Shown here piece after piece: positions 30,410 through 39,918 of a stretch of DNA of 64,000 nucleotides (positions are counted from its first letter, which is position 1; the number at the start of each line of letters is the position of its first letter). The notes beneath the pieces were generated by a model. That model made no database searches, had not been told where the DNA came from, and saw only the letters and a program-made list of their open reading frames with translations. The position numbers and the translations under genes are program-made. The stretch lies in the IMG/VR virus record IMGVR_UViG_3300035501_000922. The stretch is one strand, 5' to 3'. Source of the stretch: a virus (taxonomy: Duplodnaviria > Caudoviricetes).

Positions 30410-30507
30410 ATATTGGAAGTAATTTCTGGAATCAGGGAAGAACTGAAGAAATTAAAGACAGGTACGTTCATTGCGATAATCATGACTTTGACCTTGAGTC
30501 TATTTGA
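30410..30507 (+). CDS. nrdD: NrdD exon 4
   Basis: (Y)IGSNFWNQGRTEEIKDRYVH C-terminus. Confidence 0.9.
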
Positions 30508-30521
30508 AAGGATTGTTTTAA

Positions 30522-31076
30522 ATGATAAAATATGCGAAGGTACGTGACCAAGATATATCTAATGGTCCTGGAATAAGAGTTTCCATTTTTTTACAAGGAT
30601 GTAATCATCAGTGTCAAAATTGCTTTAATCCAGAGACGTGGAATCCTAACGGAGGATATTGGTGGTCTATTGAAAAAATGGAGAAAGTTTTAGAGCTTTG
30701 CGGTAATGATAAAATATCCGGTTTATCACTATTAGGAGGAGACCCTTTATTTTATTTTGACAAATCTAATTTACATAATACATTTAACAGAACCATATTA
30801 ATAGATTTAGTCAGAGAGTTTAAACAACAGTATCCGGATAAATCCATATGGCTCTGGACAGGATATACGTGGGAACAGTGTGTTGGTAATGATGGACCAT
30901 TGATTACATCCATGGTATCTTATTTTTTAGAATATATAGATGTTATAGTAGATGGTCTGTTTATTGAAGACTTAAAAGTTCCTAATTTAAAATGGAGAGG
31001 ATCAACAAATCAACGATTTATTGATGTTCAAAATAGCCTACATTATAATAAAATGATTCCTTTCAATGTACAATAA
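30522..31076 (+). CDS. nrdG: Anaerobic RNR activating protein
   Basis: NGPGIRVSIFLQGCNHQCQNCFN, LGGDP, WRGSTNQR. Confidence 0.95.
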   Translation: MIKYAKVRDQDISNGPGIRVSIFLQGCNHQCQNCFNPETWNPNGGYWWSIEKMEKVLELCGNDKISGLSLLGGDPLFYFDKSNLHNTFNRTILIDLVREFKQQYPDKSIWLWTGYTWEQCVGNDGPLITSMVSYFLEYIDVIVDGLFIEDLKVPNLKWRGSTNQRFIDVQNSLHYNKMIPFNVQ

Positions 31077-31193
31077 ATACACAGCTATAAATATATGGTT
31101 ATGACTATTTTTGTCATAACCATATATTTTTCACTCTGGTTTGATTCAAAAAACAATCAGATAACCAAATCATATAGAAAGGAATTGATAATC

Positions 31194-34157
31194 ATGAGTA
31201 CTGCATATACGGGTAATAATATCTATATAACAAATAGTTCTCAGTTAACAACTGATATTGGTCATAATGGCGATATTGCATATGTAATAAATACAGTAAC
31301 CAGTAAAGTAATTGGTCAATATCATAAATTAAATGGTGGTTGGGTAAAATCAATTACTTCTAATTTAAATGCAAATGATATATTAGATTTAATAGAGCAA
31401 GTATCCAATAATACTGAAAATATAGAAGATCTAAAAGATAGATTAACCGAAATGGGTTATGATATCGATACCATAAATAATGAAATACTCGAATTAAAAA
31501 ATGCAAGTAATGATAATACAAATGATAGAAGTGCCGGATTAAAAGTTGATGGTGATTCATTTACAATAGGGGAAACAACAACAACAGCTTCGGATGGTGC
31601 TGAAATATTTAATAATTATGAAAAAAATATAGCCACTGGTATGTATTCTCATGCTGAAGGAAGTATCACAACAGCAAGTGGTTATTCATCACATGCTGAG
31701 GGTGCAAGTACTACTGCAAGTGGAGCAAACTCTCATGCAGAAGGTGCAAGTACTACTGCAAGTGAATCAAATGCTCATGCGGAGGGTGCAGGTACTACAG
31801 CAAGTGGTATGAATTCACATGCAGAAGGTGCAGGCTCTACTGCAAGCGGAGTGAATTCCCATGCGGAAGGTTCAGGTACCACTGCTAGTGCGTCGAATTC
31901 ACATGCAGAGGGATATAGTGCTAAAGCATATGGCATGCTTTCTCATGCGGAATGTAATGGTGCTATCACTGGTATTCTAGGTAATACTAATTGGGGTAAC
32001 GCTGCTCATGCTGAAGGAGCTGATACTCAGGCTGTGGGAAACCAGTCTCATGCTGAGGGTAATGGATGCACTACTGGAGATCCTGAGTTAAAAAAAGGTG
32101 TTGGTAATAACGCACATGCTGAAGGACTACTTACACATGCATATGGTGAAAATTCTCACACAGAAGGAAACGCAACAACAACATATGGACAAACATCTCA
32201 TGCTGAGGGTTATAGTACTACAGCGTATGCTGTATATTCTCATGCTGAAGGAGAATATACTAATGCATACGGGGAATGTTCACACGTTGAAGGTGCATCA
32301 GGTAGTTCATCCGGAAAATATTCTCATTCTGAGGGTTATTCCAATTCATCTAATGGCGAAGCTTCGCATGCAGAAGGTGGTTCAACTACAGCCAATGCAA
32401 CTTATGCTCACAGTGAAGGTAGTAGTACAACTGCCAGTTCAACAGCATCTCATGCTGAAGGTGGTTATACAACTGCAAGTGGCATACAATCTCATGCTGA
32501 GGGTGGTGGTACGACTGCGAGTGGTAATCAATCTCATGCTGAAGGTGCCGCTACTCAGGCTATAGGAAACCAGTCTCATGCTGAAGGTGCTAGTACTACA
32601 GCGAATGGAGACTACTCACATGCCGAAGGTGTTAATACTAAAGCAAACGGAGCTTATTCGCACGCTGAAGGTCTTTCTACTACATCAGGTGGAAATTATT
32701 CCCATACTGAAGGAACACAAACTTATACATATGGACAGGATTGTCATGCTGAAGGTTATAGTACTAAATCAGGTGTTGATGGAAATAGCAATATTCAGCA
32801 TTGTCATGCTGAAGGCATCTATAGTGTCGCATCTGGATATGCTTCACATGCTGAAAATGACAGTGTATCAAGTGGACAATATGCACATTCTGAGGGAACC
32901 AGTACTGCAAGTGGCGATTGGTCACATGCCGAAGGTCAGGGATCTACTGCAAGTGGTTCTATATCTCATTCTGAAGGCTGTGCAACTGTAGCAAGTGGTC
33001 AATTCTCACACGCTGAAGGAAGCAATACAAAAGCGATTAGTTATTGTTCTCATGCAGAAGGATATAATTGTGTCGCTGGATTAAAAGATGATGAAAACAA
33101 CATTGAAAAGAAGTATTGTCACGCTGAAGGCCATGAAACCACAGCAACAGGAGATTATTCACACGCCGAGGGAGAAAGTACAACAGCCAGTGGTGACCAA
33201 TCGCATGCAGAAGGTGAATCAACCACGGCTAGCGGATCTTATGCTCATGTAGAGGGCTGCGGTGCTAAAGCAACAGGCATGAATTCACATGCAGAAGGTA
33301 ATTACACAACAGCAAGTGGAGTTTACTCCCATACTGAAGGTCGAAGCACAACTGCATCAGGTTATGTTTCTCATGCTGAGGGATCCGACACAACAGCCTC
33401 GGCTTCATATTCGCATACAGAAGGAAATAGCACACGTACATATGGAGATTACTCGCACGCTGAAGGTTGTGGAACTGTAGCTGGAAATAAGGATAACAGC
33501 AGTATGGCAAACAGTTGCCATTCTGAAGGAAATGCCACTACTGCAAGTGGTAATATGTCTCATGCTGAAGGAAGTAATACAATAGCCAGTGCTGATCAAT
33601 CCCATGCTGAGGGTTTAAATACTACGTCAAGCGGCGGAGGTGCACATTCAGAAGGGCAATATACTACTGCATCGGGTCAAGCTTCGCATGCAGAAGGTAT
33701 GTATAGTACAGCAAGTAATAGTATGGCCCATGCTGAAGGTGACGGAACGACTGCTAGTGGAGTTTATTCTCATTCTGAGGGACTTAGAACCACAGCAGTC
33801 GGATCAATGTCACATGCTGAAGGTTATGAAACTACTGCAAGTGGTTCTTCTTCGCATGCTTCTGGTTCTAATACCATTGCTTCAAGTGATAACCAAACAG
33901 TAATAGGAATATATAATGAGGAAAAAGAAAATCATTTATTTATAATCGGTAATGGTTCATACGATTCTGATAACAAAGAAGAAAGGCGATCCAATGCTTT
34001 TTCTGTTGACAATACCGGTAAAATTTATATTAATAATTCTGAAACAGGAATTGATTTAAATGATGTACTCGCAAGACTTGTTAAGTTAGAAGAAATTGTT
34101 AGTACTTTAGCTTCAAATTCTGATTCCGCAAATACCCTAGATGAAGAGGAGTTTTAA
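31194..34157 (+). CDS. Fibre/adhesin with YadA-like 14-aa SHAEG beta-roll repeats
   Basis: About 50 repeats TTASGxxSHAEGxx, IGNG...RSNAF neck, coiled coils; late promoter 31152-31163. Confidence 0.8.
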   Translation: MSTAYTGNNIYITNSSQLTTDIGHNGDIAYVINTVTSKVIGQYHKLNGGWVKSITSNLNANDILDLIEQVSNNTENIEDLKDRLTEMGYDIDTINNEILELKNASNDNTNDRSAGLKVDGDSFTIGETTTTASDGAEIFNNYEKNIATGMYSHAEGSITTASGYSSHAEGASTTASGANSHAEGASTTASESNAHAEGAGTTASGMNSHAEGAGSTASGVNSHAEGSGTTASASNSHAEGYSAKAYGMLSHAECNGAITGILGNTNWGNAAHAEGADTQAVGNQSHAEGNGCTTGDPELKKGVGNNAHAEGLLTHAYGENSHTEGNATTTYGQTSHAEGYSTTAYAVYSHAEGEYTNAYGECSHVEGASGSSSGKYSHSEGYSNSSNGEASHAEGGSTTANATYAHSEGSSTTASSTASHAEGGYTTASGIQSHAEGGGTTASGNQSHAEGAATQAIGNQSHAEGASTTANGDYSHAEGVNTKANGAYSHAEGLSTTSGGNYSHTEGTQTYTYGQDCHAEGYSTKSGVDGNSNIQHCHAEGIYSVASGYASHAENDSVSSGQYAHSEGTSTASGDWSHAEGQGSTASGSISHSEGCATVASGQFSHAEGSNTKAISYCSHAEGYNCVAGLKDDENNIEKKYCHAEGHETTATGDYSHAEGESTTASGDQSHAEGESTTASGSYAHVEGCGAKATGMNSHAEGNYTTASGVYSHTEGRSTTASGYVSHAEGSDTTASASYSHTEGNSTRTYGDYSHAEGCGTVAGNKDNSSMANSCHSEGNATTASGNMSHAEGSNTIASADQSHAEGLNTTSSGGGAHSEGQYTTASGQASHAEGMYSTASNSMAHAEGDGTTASGVYSHSEGLRTTAVGSMSHAEGYETTASGSSSHASGSNTIASSDNQTVIGIYNEEKENHLFIIGNGSYDSDNKEERRSNAFSVDNTGKIYINNSETGIDLNDVLARLVKLEEIVSTLASNSDSANTLDEEEF

Positions 34158-34159
34158 AT

Positions 34160-34894
34160 ATGAGTAATACAAGTGAATATGGAATAATTTCTAAAAAAAT
34201 TCTTACTAATATTGCTGATGCTATTAGAGATAAGAGCAACAGTAGTTCTACTATGAAACCCAGTCAGATGGCTTCGAATATTAAAGATATACCATCATCC
34301 AGTTCACCTAGTTATACACAAATATCATGTATTAGAGCAACAGGTGTACAACATATCAACACAGGTTTTACACCGTCATCAACTAATCTAAAATATATAG
34401 TAACTATGGCTAACACAAGTCTAGCATCAGGCACATCACGTGGTTCATTATTCGGTGGTGTTAATGAAAGTACAAATAAACGTTCCGGAGGAATCTGGCT
34501 TCAATCAGGTTATGACATGTTTGTTACTGTTGGTAGTGACCCTAAGTTTTGGTATACTCCGGTTATAACAGAAAAGTCTACCGCAACAATTATTGTTGAT
34601 GATAGTAATGTAACATTGACAGTTACTAATGACAGTACAGATGAATCAAATACATATGGACCAACATCATATTCAGGTAGTGTTGATACCAGATGTTACA
34701 TCTTCTCAGGAACATATTCTGATTTTCACACTTGTGGTGAATTATATGCCGCAAAAATATATCAAGATGATATCTTAGTACGTGACTTTATTCCCGTATT
34801 AGATAAGTTTAATAACGTAGCTTTATACGATAAAGTATATGAAAGATTTTACTACAATGAAGCAACTGATGTTGACTTCGAATACGAGTTATAA
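34160..34894 (+). CDS. Fibre-associated protein (lectin/LamG-like)
   Basis: LTNIADAIRDK N-terminal motif; TGVQHINTG...LVRDFIPV..LYDKV domain typical of Firmicute phage fibres. Confidence 0.6.
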   Translation: MSNTSEYGIISKKILTNIADAIRDKSNSSSTMKPSQMASNIKDIPSSSSPSYTQISCIRATGVQHINTGFTPSSTNLKYIVTMANTSLASGTSRGSLFGGVNESTNKRSGGIWLQSGYDMFVTVGSDPKFWYTPVITEKSTATIIVDDSNVTLTVTNDSTDESNTYGPTSYSGSVDTRCYIFSGTYSDFHTCGELYAAKIYQDDILVRDFIPVLDKFNNVALYDKVYERFYYNEATDVDFEYEL

Positions 34895-35021
34895 ATCGTA
34901 ATTTTTTATTCTTAGTACATTATTCTAACCCTAATAATTGGATAAGGGCTATATGTGTATAAATAGTTCTTATTGAACTATGGATAAATACACATATAGC
35001 TACTTCCGATTTTAGGGTATT

Positions 35022-35112
35022 GCAGAAATACCCAAGAGGCTGAAGGGAGCGGTCTTGAAAACCGCCAGCATGAGTAATCATGGCGTGGGTTCGACTCCCA
35101 CTTTCTGCGCCA
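35022..35112 (+). tRNA. tRNA-Ser(TGA)
   Basis: Cloverleaf, loop CTTGAAA, long variable arm, G73-CCA. Confidence 0.92.
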
Positions 35113-35215
35113 TTTATTATTATAATGATGAGTAGTATTTATGCTACTCATCATTTTTACTTAAAACATATACATAAAAATGATATAAAATATATCAAGA
35201 AAGGTTGTGTTTTAT

Positions 35216-35446
35216 ATGGCAAATAATTACATTGGTTCCACAAAGTACGTTGACTCAGCAGACAAGCTTACATCTGATTTTGGTTTTAATGGTGATATTG
35301 CATTTGTTGTTGAAACTTCCGAAGATGATGAAAAGTCTATTACTGGTCAGTACACCAAGTATGATGGAGAGTGGATTTCTGTTTCTGGAGCATCTGCTTC
35401 ATCTAGTACAACTCCACTTGACAATGTTGATGATGAAGACGTTTAA
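35216..35446 (+). CDS. Small protein paralogous to fibre N-terminus
   Basis: GFNGDIAFVV...GQYTKYDGEW matches GHNGDIAYVI...GQYHKLNGGW; late promoter 35165-35176. Confidence 0.75.
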   Translation: MANNYIGSTKYVDSADKLTSDFGFNGDIAFVVETSEDDEKSITGQYTKYDGEWISVSGASASSSTTPLDNVDDEDV

Positions 35447-35529
35447 AATTAATAAAGAAGAAGAATAGATGTACTATTCTTCTTCTTTTTATATAATAAA
35501 ATATTATTATAGTAACTTTATTCTAATGA

Positions 35530-35601
35530 GCGTCACTGATGTAACGGCTAACATAGGAAACTTTTAATTTTCATATCCGAGTTCGATTCTCGGGTGACGC
35601 A
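35530..35601 (+). tRNA. tRNA-Lys(TTT)
   Basis: GCGTCAC/GTGACGC acceptor, loop CTTTTAA, TTCGA; no encoded CCA. Confidence 0.8.
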
Positions 35602-35616
35602 TTCTTTTAATAATTA

Positions 35617-35706
35617 GCAGAAATACCCAAGTGGTTAAGGGAGCGGTCTACTAAACCGCCAGCATGAGTAATCATGGCGTGGGTTCGACTCCCACTTTCT
35701 GCGCCA
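35617..35706 (+). tRNA. tRNA-Ser(ACT)
   Basis: Near-identical body to tRNA-Ser(TGA); anticodon loop CTACTAA. Confidence 0.85.
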
Positions 35707-35753
35707 TTTATTTTTAATTTAACAATAAACTTAATTATAAAAAAGATAAATAT

Positions 35754-35842
35754 GCTCCTATGGCGAAATTGGCATACGCAAAGGACTTAAAATCCTTCGA
35801 TTGAAATATATCGTACCGGTTCAAGTCCGGTTGGGAGCACCA
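35754..35842 (+). tRNA. tRNA-Leu(TAA)
   Basis: Loop CTTAAAA, variable arm, A73-CCA. Confidence 0.92.
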
Positions 35843-35845
35843 TAA

Positions 35846-36027
35846 GCTAGATGACATAGAGTAGGATTGGATGTTCGGAAGGCGCACCAAAGATCCTTAC
35901 AAACATCTAGCAAGTCTTCCTGTTAGAGCCGATGGGCACTGACCCGAGCGTAGAGAAGCCGGTAGTTCAGTTATGTTTCATCGGCATTATGTCTCAGTGA
36001 CTGGTTCAAGTCCAGTCTGAGAAGCCA
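35846..36027 (+). ncRNA. Unknown structured RNA ending in T-arm/acceptor minihelix plus GCCA
   Basis: GC-rich island, stems GCTAGATG/CATCTAGC and GCCGATG/CATCGGC, ACTGG-TTCAAGT-CCAGT, 3' GCCA then terminator. Confidence 0.6.
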
Positions 36028-36039
36028 TTCATTTTTTAA

Positions 36040-36080
36040 ATGGGGGCTTGTTGATATATTGCATATCAACAAGCCCCCAA
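36040..36080 (+). terminator. Hairpin/terminator after RNA cluster
   Basis: TGGGGGCTTGTTGATAT/ATATCAACAAGCCCCCA. Confidence 0.7.
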
Positions 36081-36114
36081 CTTATTTATTTTATTATATA
36101 CAATATGTTAATTT

Positions 36115-36190
36115 TGGGTTATAGCCAAGAGGTAAGGCAACGGACTTTGACTCCGTCATTCCGCAGGTTCGAATCCCGCTAACCCAACCA
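36115..36190 (+). tRNA. tRNA-Gln(TTG)
   Basis: TGGGTTA/TAACCCA acceptor, loop CTTTGAC, CCA. Confidence 0.9.
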
Positions 36191-36272
36191 AAGGAAGGAT
36201 ACTTTACGGTATCCTTCCTTTTTTATTCATAGAGCATCTAAAAACAATTCTTTAAAGAAAGAAGGTGTTCAT

Positions 36273-36974
36273 ATGGCTACTATTACATATGATAAATTTG
36301 TAAAAAATCACTTAGGCAAAGGTGTTGATTATGACTCGGTAGCAGGTGTACAGTGTGTCGACCTAGCTAAAGCATACCTTGATGAAGTATTTGGCATTAA
36401 ACCTGGTGCATGGGGTGATGCTTATTGTTATTATGATAATTTTAATAATCATAAGGAATTAGTTGCTAACTTTACAAGAATTGCTAATACCTCATCACTT
36501 GTCCCTAAAAAAGGTGATATTTGTGTGTGGAAATCAACTCTTAGTTCTGCAGGTCATGGTCACATTGCTATTGCAACAGGTGAAGGTGATACTACATATT
36601 TTTATAGTTATGACCAAAACTGGACGGGTAAGCATGACCCATGTACCAAAATTAAGCACAATTATAATCAATTTGCAGGTGTTCTTAGACCAAAAGACCA
36701 GACTAAGATTACAGGCGTTAAAACAACTGAAACAAAATCATTAGACACTACCGGTTTTAAAAAAGGCGATAAATCAGTTGGTGTATTAGCTCTTAAAAGA
36801 TTACTTCTTATTGCTAAAGCTAAAAAACTGATTTCCGTAACAGTTGATGATACTACTTCATTTGGTAGTGGAACTGAAAAAGCAGTAAATGCTCTCCTCT
36901 CAAAATGGGGATATAAAGAAACTGGTATTGCCGGTGAGAAGTTTATTAATAAACTCTATGAAAAGATTAAATAA
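36273..36974 (+). CDS. CHAP-domain endolysin with C-terminal peptidoglycan-binding domain
   Basis: QCVDL, GHIAI, DQNW; late promoter 36243-36254. Confidence 0.88.
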   Translation: MATITYDKFVKNHLGKGVDYDSVAGVQCVDLAKAYLDEVFGIKPGAWGDAYCYYDNFNNHKELVANFTRIANTSSLVPKKGDICVWKSTLSSAGHGHIAIATGEGDTTYFYSYDQNWTGKHDPCTKIKHNYNQFAGVLRPKDQTKITGVKTTETKSLDTTGFKKGDKSVGVLALKRLLLIAKAKKLISVTVDDTTSFGSGTEKAVNALLSKWGYKETGIAGEKFINKLYEKIK

Positions 36975-37106
36975 AATTATAATTTAATTGTATATAAACA
37001 AATTGATAATGCTAAAATAATATTGACCCACCAATGTTATTGATATCTTCTCTATTGTTACTTGAGATAGTTTGAATACCCCTAAACTATCTCAAGTCTA
37101 CTTTTA

Positions 37107-37183
37107 GGGACATTAGCTCAGTTGGTTAGAGCTTCCGGCTCATAACCGGATGGCCCTGGGTTCGAGTCCCCGATGTCCCACCA
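37107..37183 (+). tRNA. tRNA with CAT anticodon (probably Ile2, possibly Met)
   Basis: Anticodon arm CCGG-CTCATAA-CCGG similar to Firmicute tRNA-Ile2; CCA. Confidence 0.88.
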
Positions 37184-37302
37184 TTTATTTATTTTTAAAG
37201 ATTGATATAGACAAAATTAGTCTATATCAATCAATTTATTTTTATTCGTATTGAAAAACATTACTATAAAATTTATATTTCTAAGAAAGGAATGATTATA
37301 AT

Positions 37303-37584
37303 ATGCTTACAGGAATTATTGATTCTATCAGAAAAGAAAGAGCAACATTCTTACATGAAGTTAATTTTATCCGTGAAATGGCAAATGAAGATGTTATCGC
37401 TAATCAAGTTGATAAAGCAGAATCTCAGTATGTAAGAGAGACCACAGATGAACTCATTGAAGCTAAAGAAATGGTTGATGAGATGCCGTCTGATACTACA
37501 CAGGATGATGCTGAAATAAATAAAATCATGGAAGCGACTGAAGATATGTCTTTCGATGAAATGATAGGTCTTATTAATGATTAA
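37303..37584 (+). CDS. Small acidic late protein
   Basis: RBS; AACA-N6-TA at 37257-37268. Confidence 0.7.
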   Translation: MLTGIIDSIRKERATFLHEVNFIREMANEDVIANQVDKAESQYVRETTDELIEAKEMVDEMPSDTTQDDAEINKIMEATEDMSFDEMIGLIND

Positions 37585-37655
37585 ATATAATATAGATATG
37601 TGATAACTCTTTATATCACATATCTATATTTTTATTTTAAGGGGTGTGTATTAAC

Positions 37656-37865
37656 ATGACTGAAAAATTATGTATTGTAAAATCATCTGGTATATTACCA
37701 ATAAAAAGTCAAATAGCAGGTCCAATATTAATCCCTACGATATTTTCAATTGAAGATATAATAGTCCTTGTTAATTGTAAAAATGATGTTTATGAAGTTA
37801 ATCCGAACGTTTATTCACAAACCATAAAATTAACTAAAACCAATATGACACAAACTAATTTCTAA
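37656..37865 (+). CDS. Small hypothetical protein
   Basis: AAGGGG RBS. Confidence 0.55.
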   Translation: MTEKLCIVKSSGILPIKSQIAGPILIPTIFSIEDIIVLVNCKNDVYEVNPNVYSQTIKLTKTNMTQTNF

Positions 37866-37913
37866 TATTCAGAAAGACACATCCTTAATCTAAAAATGAA
37901 AGGATGATTTTTA

Positions 37914-38636
37914 ATGGAAAAAACAATAAAAATCAAAGCTGACGAATCATCAAAATATTATATTTATAAAAAAGACTATGATGATTCAAAAACTTTAACA
38001 CGTGAAAATATGTTAAGAGCTACTTGTCCAACATTTGAAAAAGTCCCGTTTGAGCAATTCCTTAAAGACTGGAAGAACCTTTACGGAGATGATAAATCTG
38101 ACTTTGAAGATGTTGATGAAAACGTTGTTAAAGATATTTATGATAAAATTCAAATTCCTAAACGTAGTACAAAGGGTTCAGCAGGATATGATTTTACATT
38201 TCCAGTAGGATTTACATTACCTTGTGCACATAGTATTGTAATCCCAACTGGTATTAGATGTAGAATGCCTGTAAATTGTGTATTGCTTATTGTACCTAGA
38301 AGTGGCTTAGGTTTCAAATATAGAATATCCGTAATGAACACTGTAGGTGTAATTGATTCTGATTATTACAATGCAAAAAACTATGGTCACATCATGATTA
38401 AAATTGTTTACGACGGTGATGATTTTAATACTCTCTTGGAAACAGAATATGATCATGGACTTATGTTGAAATGTAATAATAGGGAAAAACAAACTGATAC
38501 ACAGCTTAGTTTTGAGCCTGATAAAGGTTTTGCTCAAGGTATATTTACAGAGTACATGATAACATCTAATGAGTTATTGTCTGAAGAAACATTAGATGAA
38601 AGAACTGGTGGATTTGGTTCTACTGATAATAAATAA
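37914..38636 (+). CDS. dut: Trimeric dUTPase
   Basis: SAGYD, PRSGLG, GVIDSDYY, AQGIF, RTGGFGST. Confidence 0.93.
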   Translation: MEKTIKIKADESSKYYIYKKDYDDSKTLTRENMLRATCPTFEKVPFEQFLKDWKNLYGDDKSDFEDVDENVVKDIYDKIQIPKRSTKGSAGYDFTFPVGFTLPCAHSIVIPTGIRCRMPVNCVLLIVPRSGLGFKYRISVMNTVGVIDSDYYNAKNYGHIMIKIVYDGDDFNTLLETEYDHGLMLKCNNREKQTDTQLSFEPDKGFAQGIFTEYMITSNELLSEETLDERTGGFGSTDNK

Positions 38637-38729
38637 AACTTAAATAATGGTATAGTGATTATTTTCACTATACCATTATTTATTTTAATAAAAAACAATT
38701 TACTAATCATTAAAAGGGGTGACTACATA

Positions 38730-39500
38730 ATGGAGAACTTATTTTATGAAGAAGCTTTTGTTTTTGAAACTTCGGAGTCTATCTACAGTAGTAGGCTGGA
38801 TAGTTATATATTAGAATATACAGAAGCTTATAATAAAAAACACTATATAACTGAAAGCGAACACAAGTCATTACTTGTTAAAATAAAAGAATTCTTTACA
38901 AATATCATTACATCATTAAAAACTTTTCATACGAGTATAATAACTAAATTACGTAGTTTTGCAAGAGAGAATACTATTGAAATAAAATTACGTAGTTTAA
39001 GAAAAGAACTTAATGAAAAGAAAGATAATGGGCAAAAATATATCAAAACAATTGATTTAGTGAAGTATGAAAAAACATATATAAAAATGGTTGATAGTTT
39101 GTGGGAATATGCACAGAAATTTGAAAAGGTTGACTATAGAACAGTAGACCAAATTGATAGAGACCTTGCTAAGTTTAATTCATTATATGAAAAATATAAT
39201 ACTGAACTTGATGAAATAGCAAAAAAAGAATATACTATGAAAATTACAGATGCAATAAACTTTGTTTCTAAAGAGATAGATGGTAGGTCTAAAGTAATTG
39301 AGACTATAAATCAATCTATTAATAAAGTTAAAGAAATGAAAACAAGTGCTGAGAACTTAGAGTTGAAAAGAAATACATTAGGAAGTGATGTCATTCCTAA
39401 ACATGTATTCTTTTTAAAAAGAATGTGTAACTCAATAACTGCATTTATCAGAAAAGCAGTTAGTAAGTTCATTACAGTAGTAGTATTTCTATTTGCATAA
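38730..39500 (+). CDS. Putative internal head protein
   Basis: YITE|S followed by amphipathic helix; late promoter 38694-38705. Confidence 0.6.
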   Translation: MENLFYEEAFVFETSESIYSSRLDSYILEYTEAYNKKHYITESEHKSLLVKIKEFFTNIITSLKTFHTSIITKLRSFARENTIEIKLRSLRKELNEKKDNGQKYIKTIDLVKYEKTYIKMVDSLWEYAQKFEKVDYRTVDQIDRDLAKFNSLYEKYNTELDEIAKKEYTMKITDAINFVSKEIDGRSKVIETINQSINKVKEMKTSAENLELKRNTLGSDVIPKHVFFLKRMCNSITAFIRKAVSKFITVVVFLFA

Positions 39501-39657
39501 AAATGATATGTGATGTATGAAAAGCATACATCACATATTTATTTATAATTATATATTATTTACATGAAGAAGCAAAATAATGTGAGTGTAGAAGGCGTCT
39601 CTTCTACACTCACGATGTTCATGTTTCTTCTAATTTTATTTTACGAGGTGAAAAAAC

Positions 39658-39918
39658 ATGAGATTTTGGATTGTACGTACACGAACAATCGACATGAAAG
39701 CTTTGTACTTCCCATTTATTAGCGAGAAGAAAGCTAAGAACTTTGCTAAGCGTCAAGGCACACATGCAATAGAAATGTGTACAACAGACAAAGATTGGTA
39801 TACCAATCTCGGTAAGTGGATTCTGACGCTCGATAATGTAAATGTGTTGAGCTTCCATGATACCCTTTCTGTTTATGCATTGACAAAAACAGAATATACA
39901 AACAATTTAACAGCTTAA
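39658..39918 (+). CDS. Small hypothetical early protein
   Basis: GAGGTG RBS; early motif 39548-39559. Confidence 0.65.
   Translation: MRFWIVRTRTIDMKALYFPFISEKKAKNFAKRQGTHAIEMCTTDKDWYTNLGKWILTLDNVNVLSFHDTLSVYALTKTEYTNNLTA

Noticed and set aside
22498-30507. rpoC-like and nrdD fragments as pseudogenes or frameshifts
   Set aside because: Each break has group I core elements and in-frame junctions restoring conserved motifs
32098-33903. Alternative-frame ORFs with MLKV repeats within the fibre gene
   Set aside because: Shadow frames of the CATGCTGAAGGT (HAEG) repeat
35617-35706. Amber-suppressor (CTA) reading of the tRNA and stop-codon recoding
   Set aside because: The 5-bp stem gives a 7-nt loop centred on ACT; genes read through in the standard code and breaks are explained by introns
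35846-36027. tmRNA, tRNA-Sec or SRP RNA
   Set aside because: Too short and no tag ORF for tmRNA; no UCA anticodon arm; only weak resemblance of the GGAA loop to SRP
37914-38636. dCTP deaminase (which would support uracil DNA)
   Set aside because: All five trimeric dUTPase motifs, including the C-terminal RxGGFGST, are present
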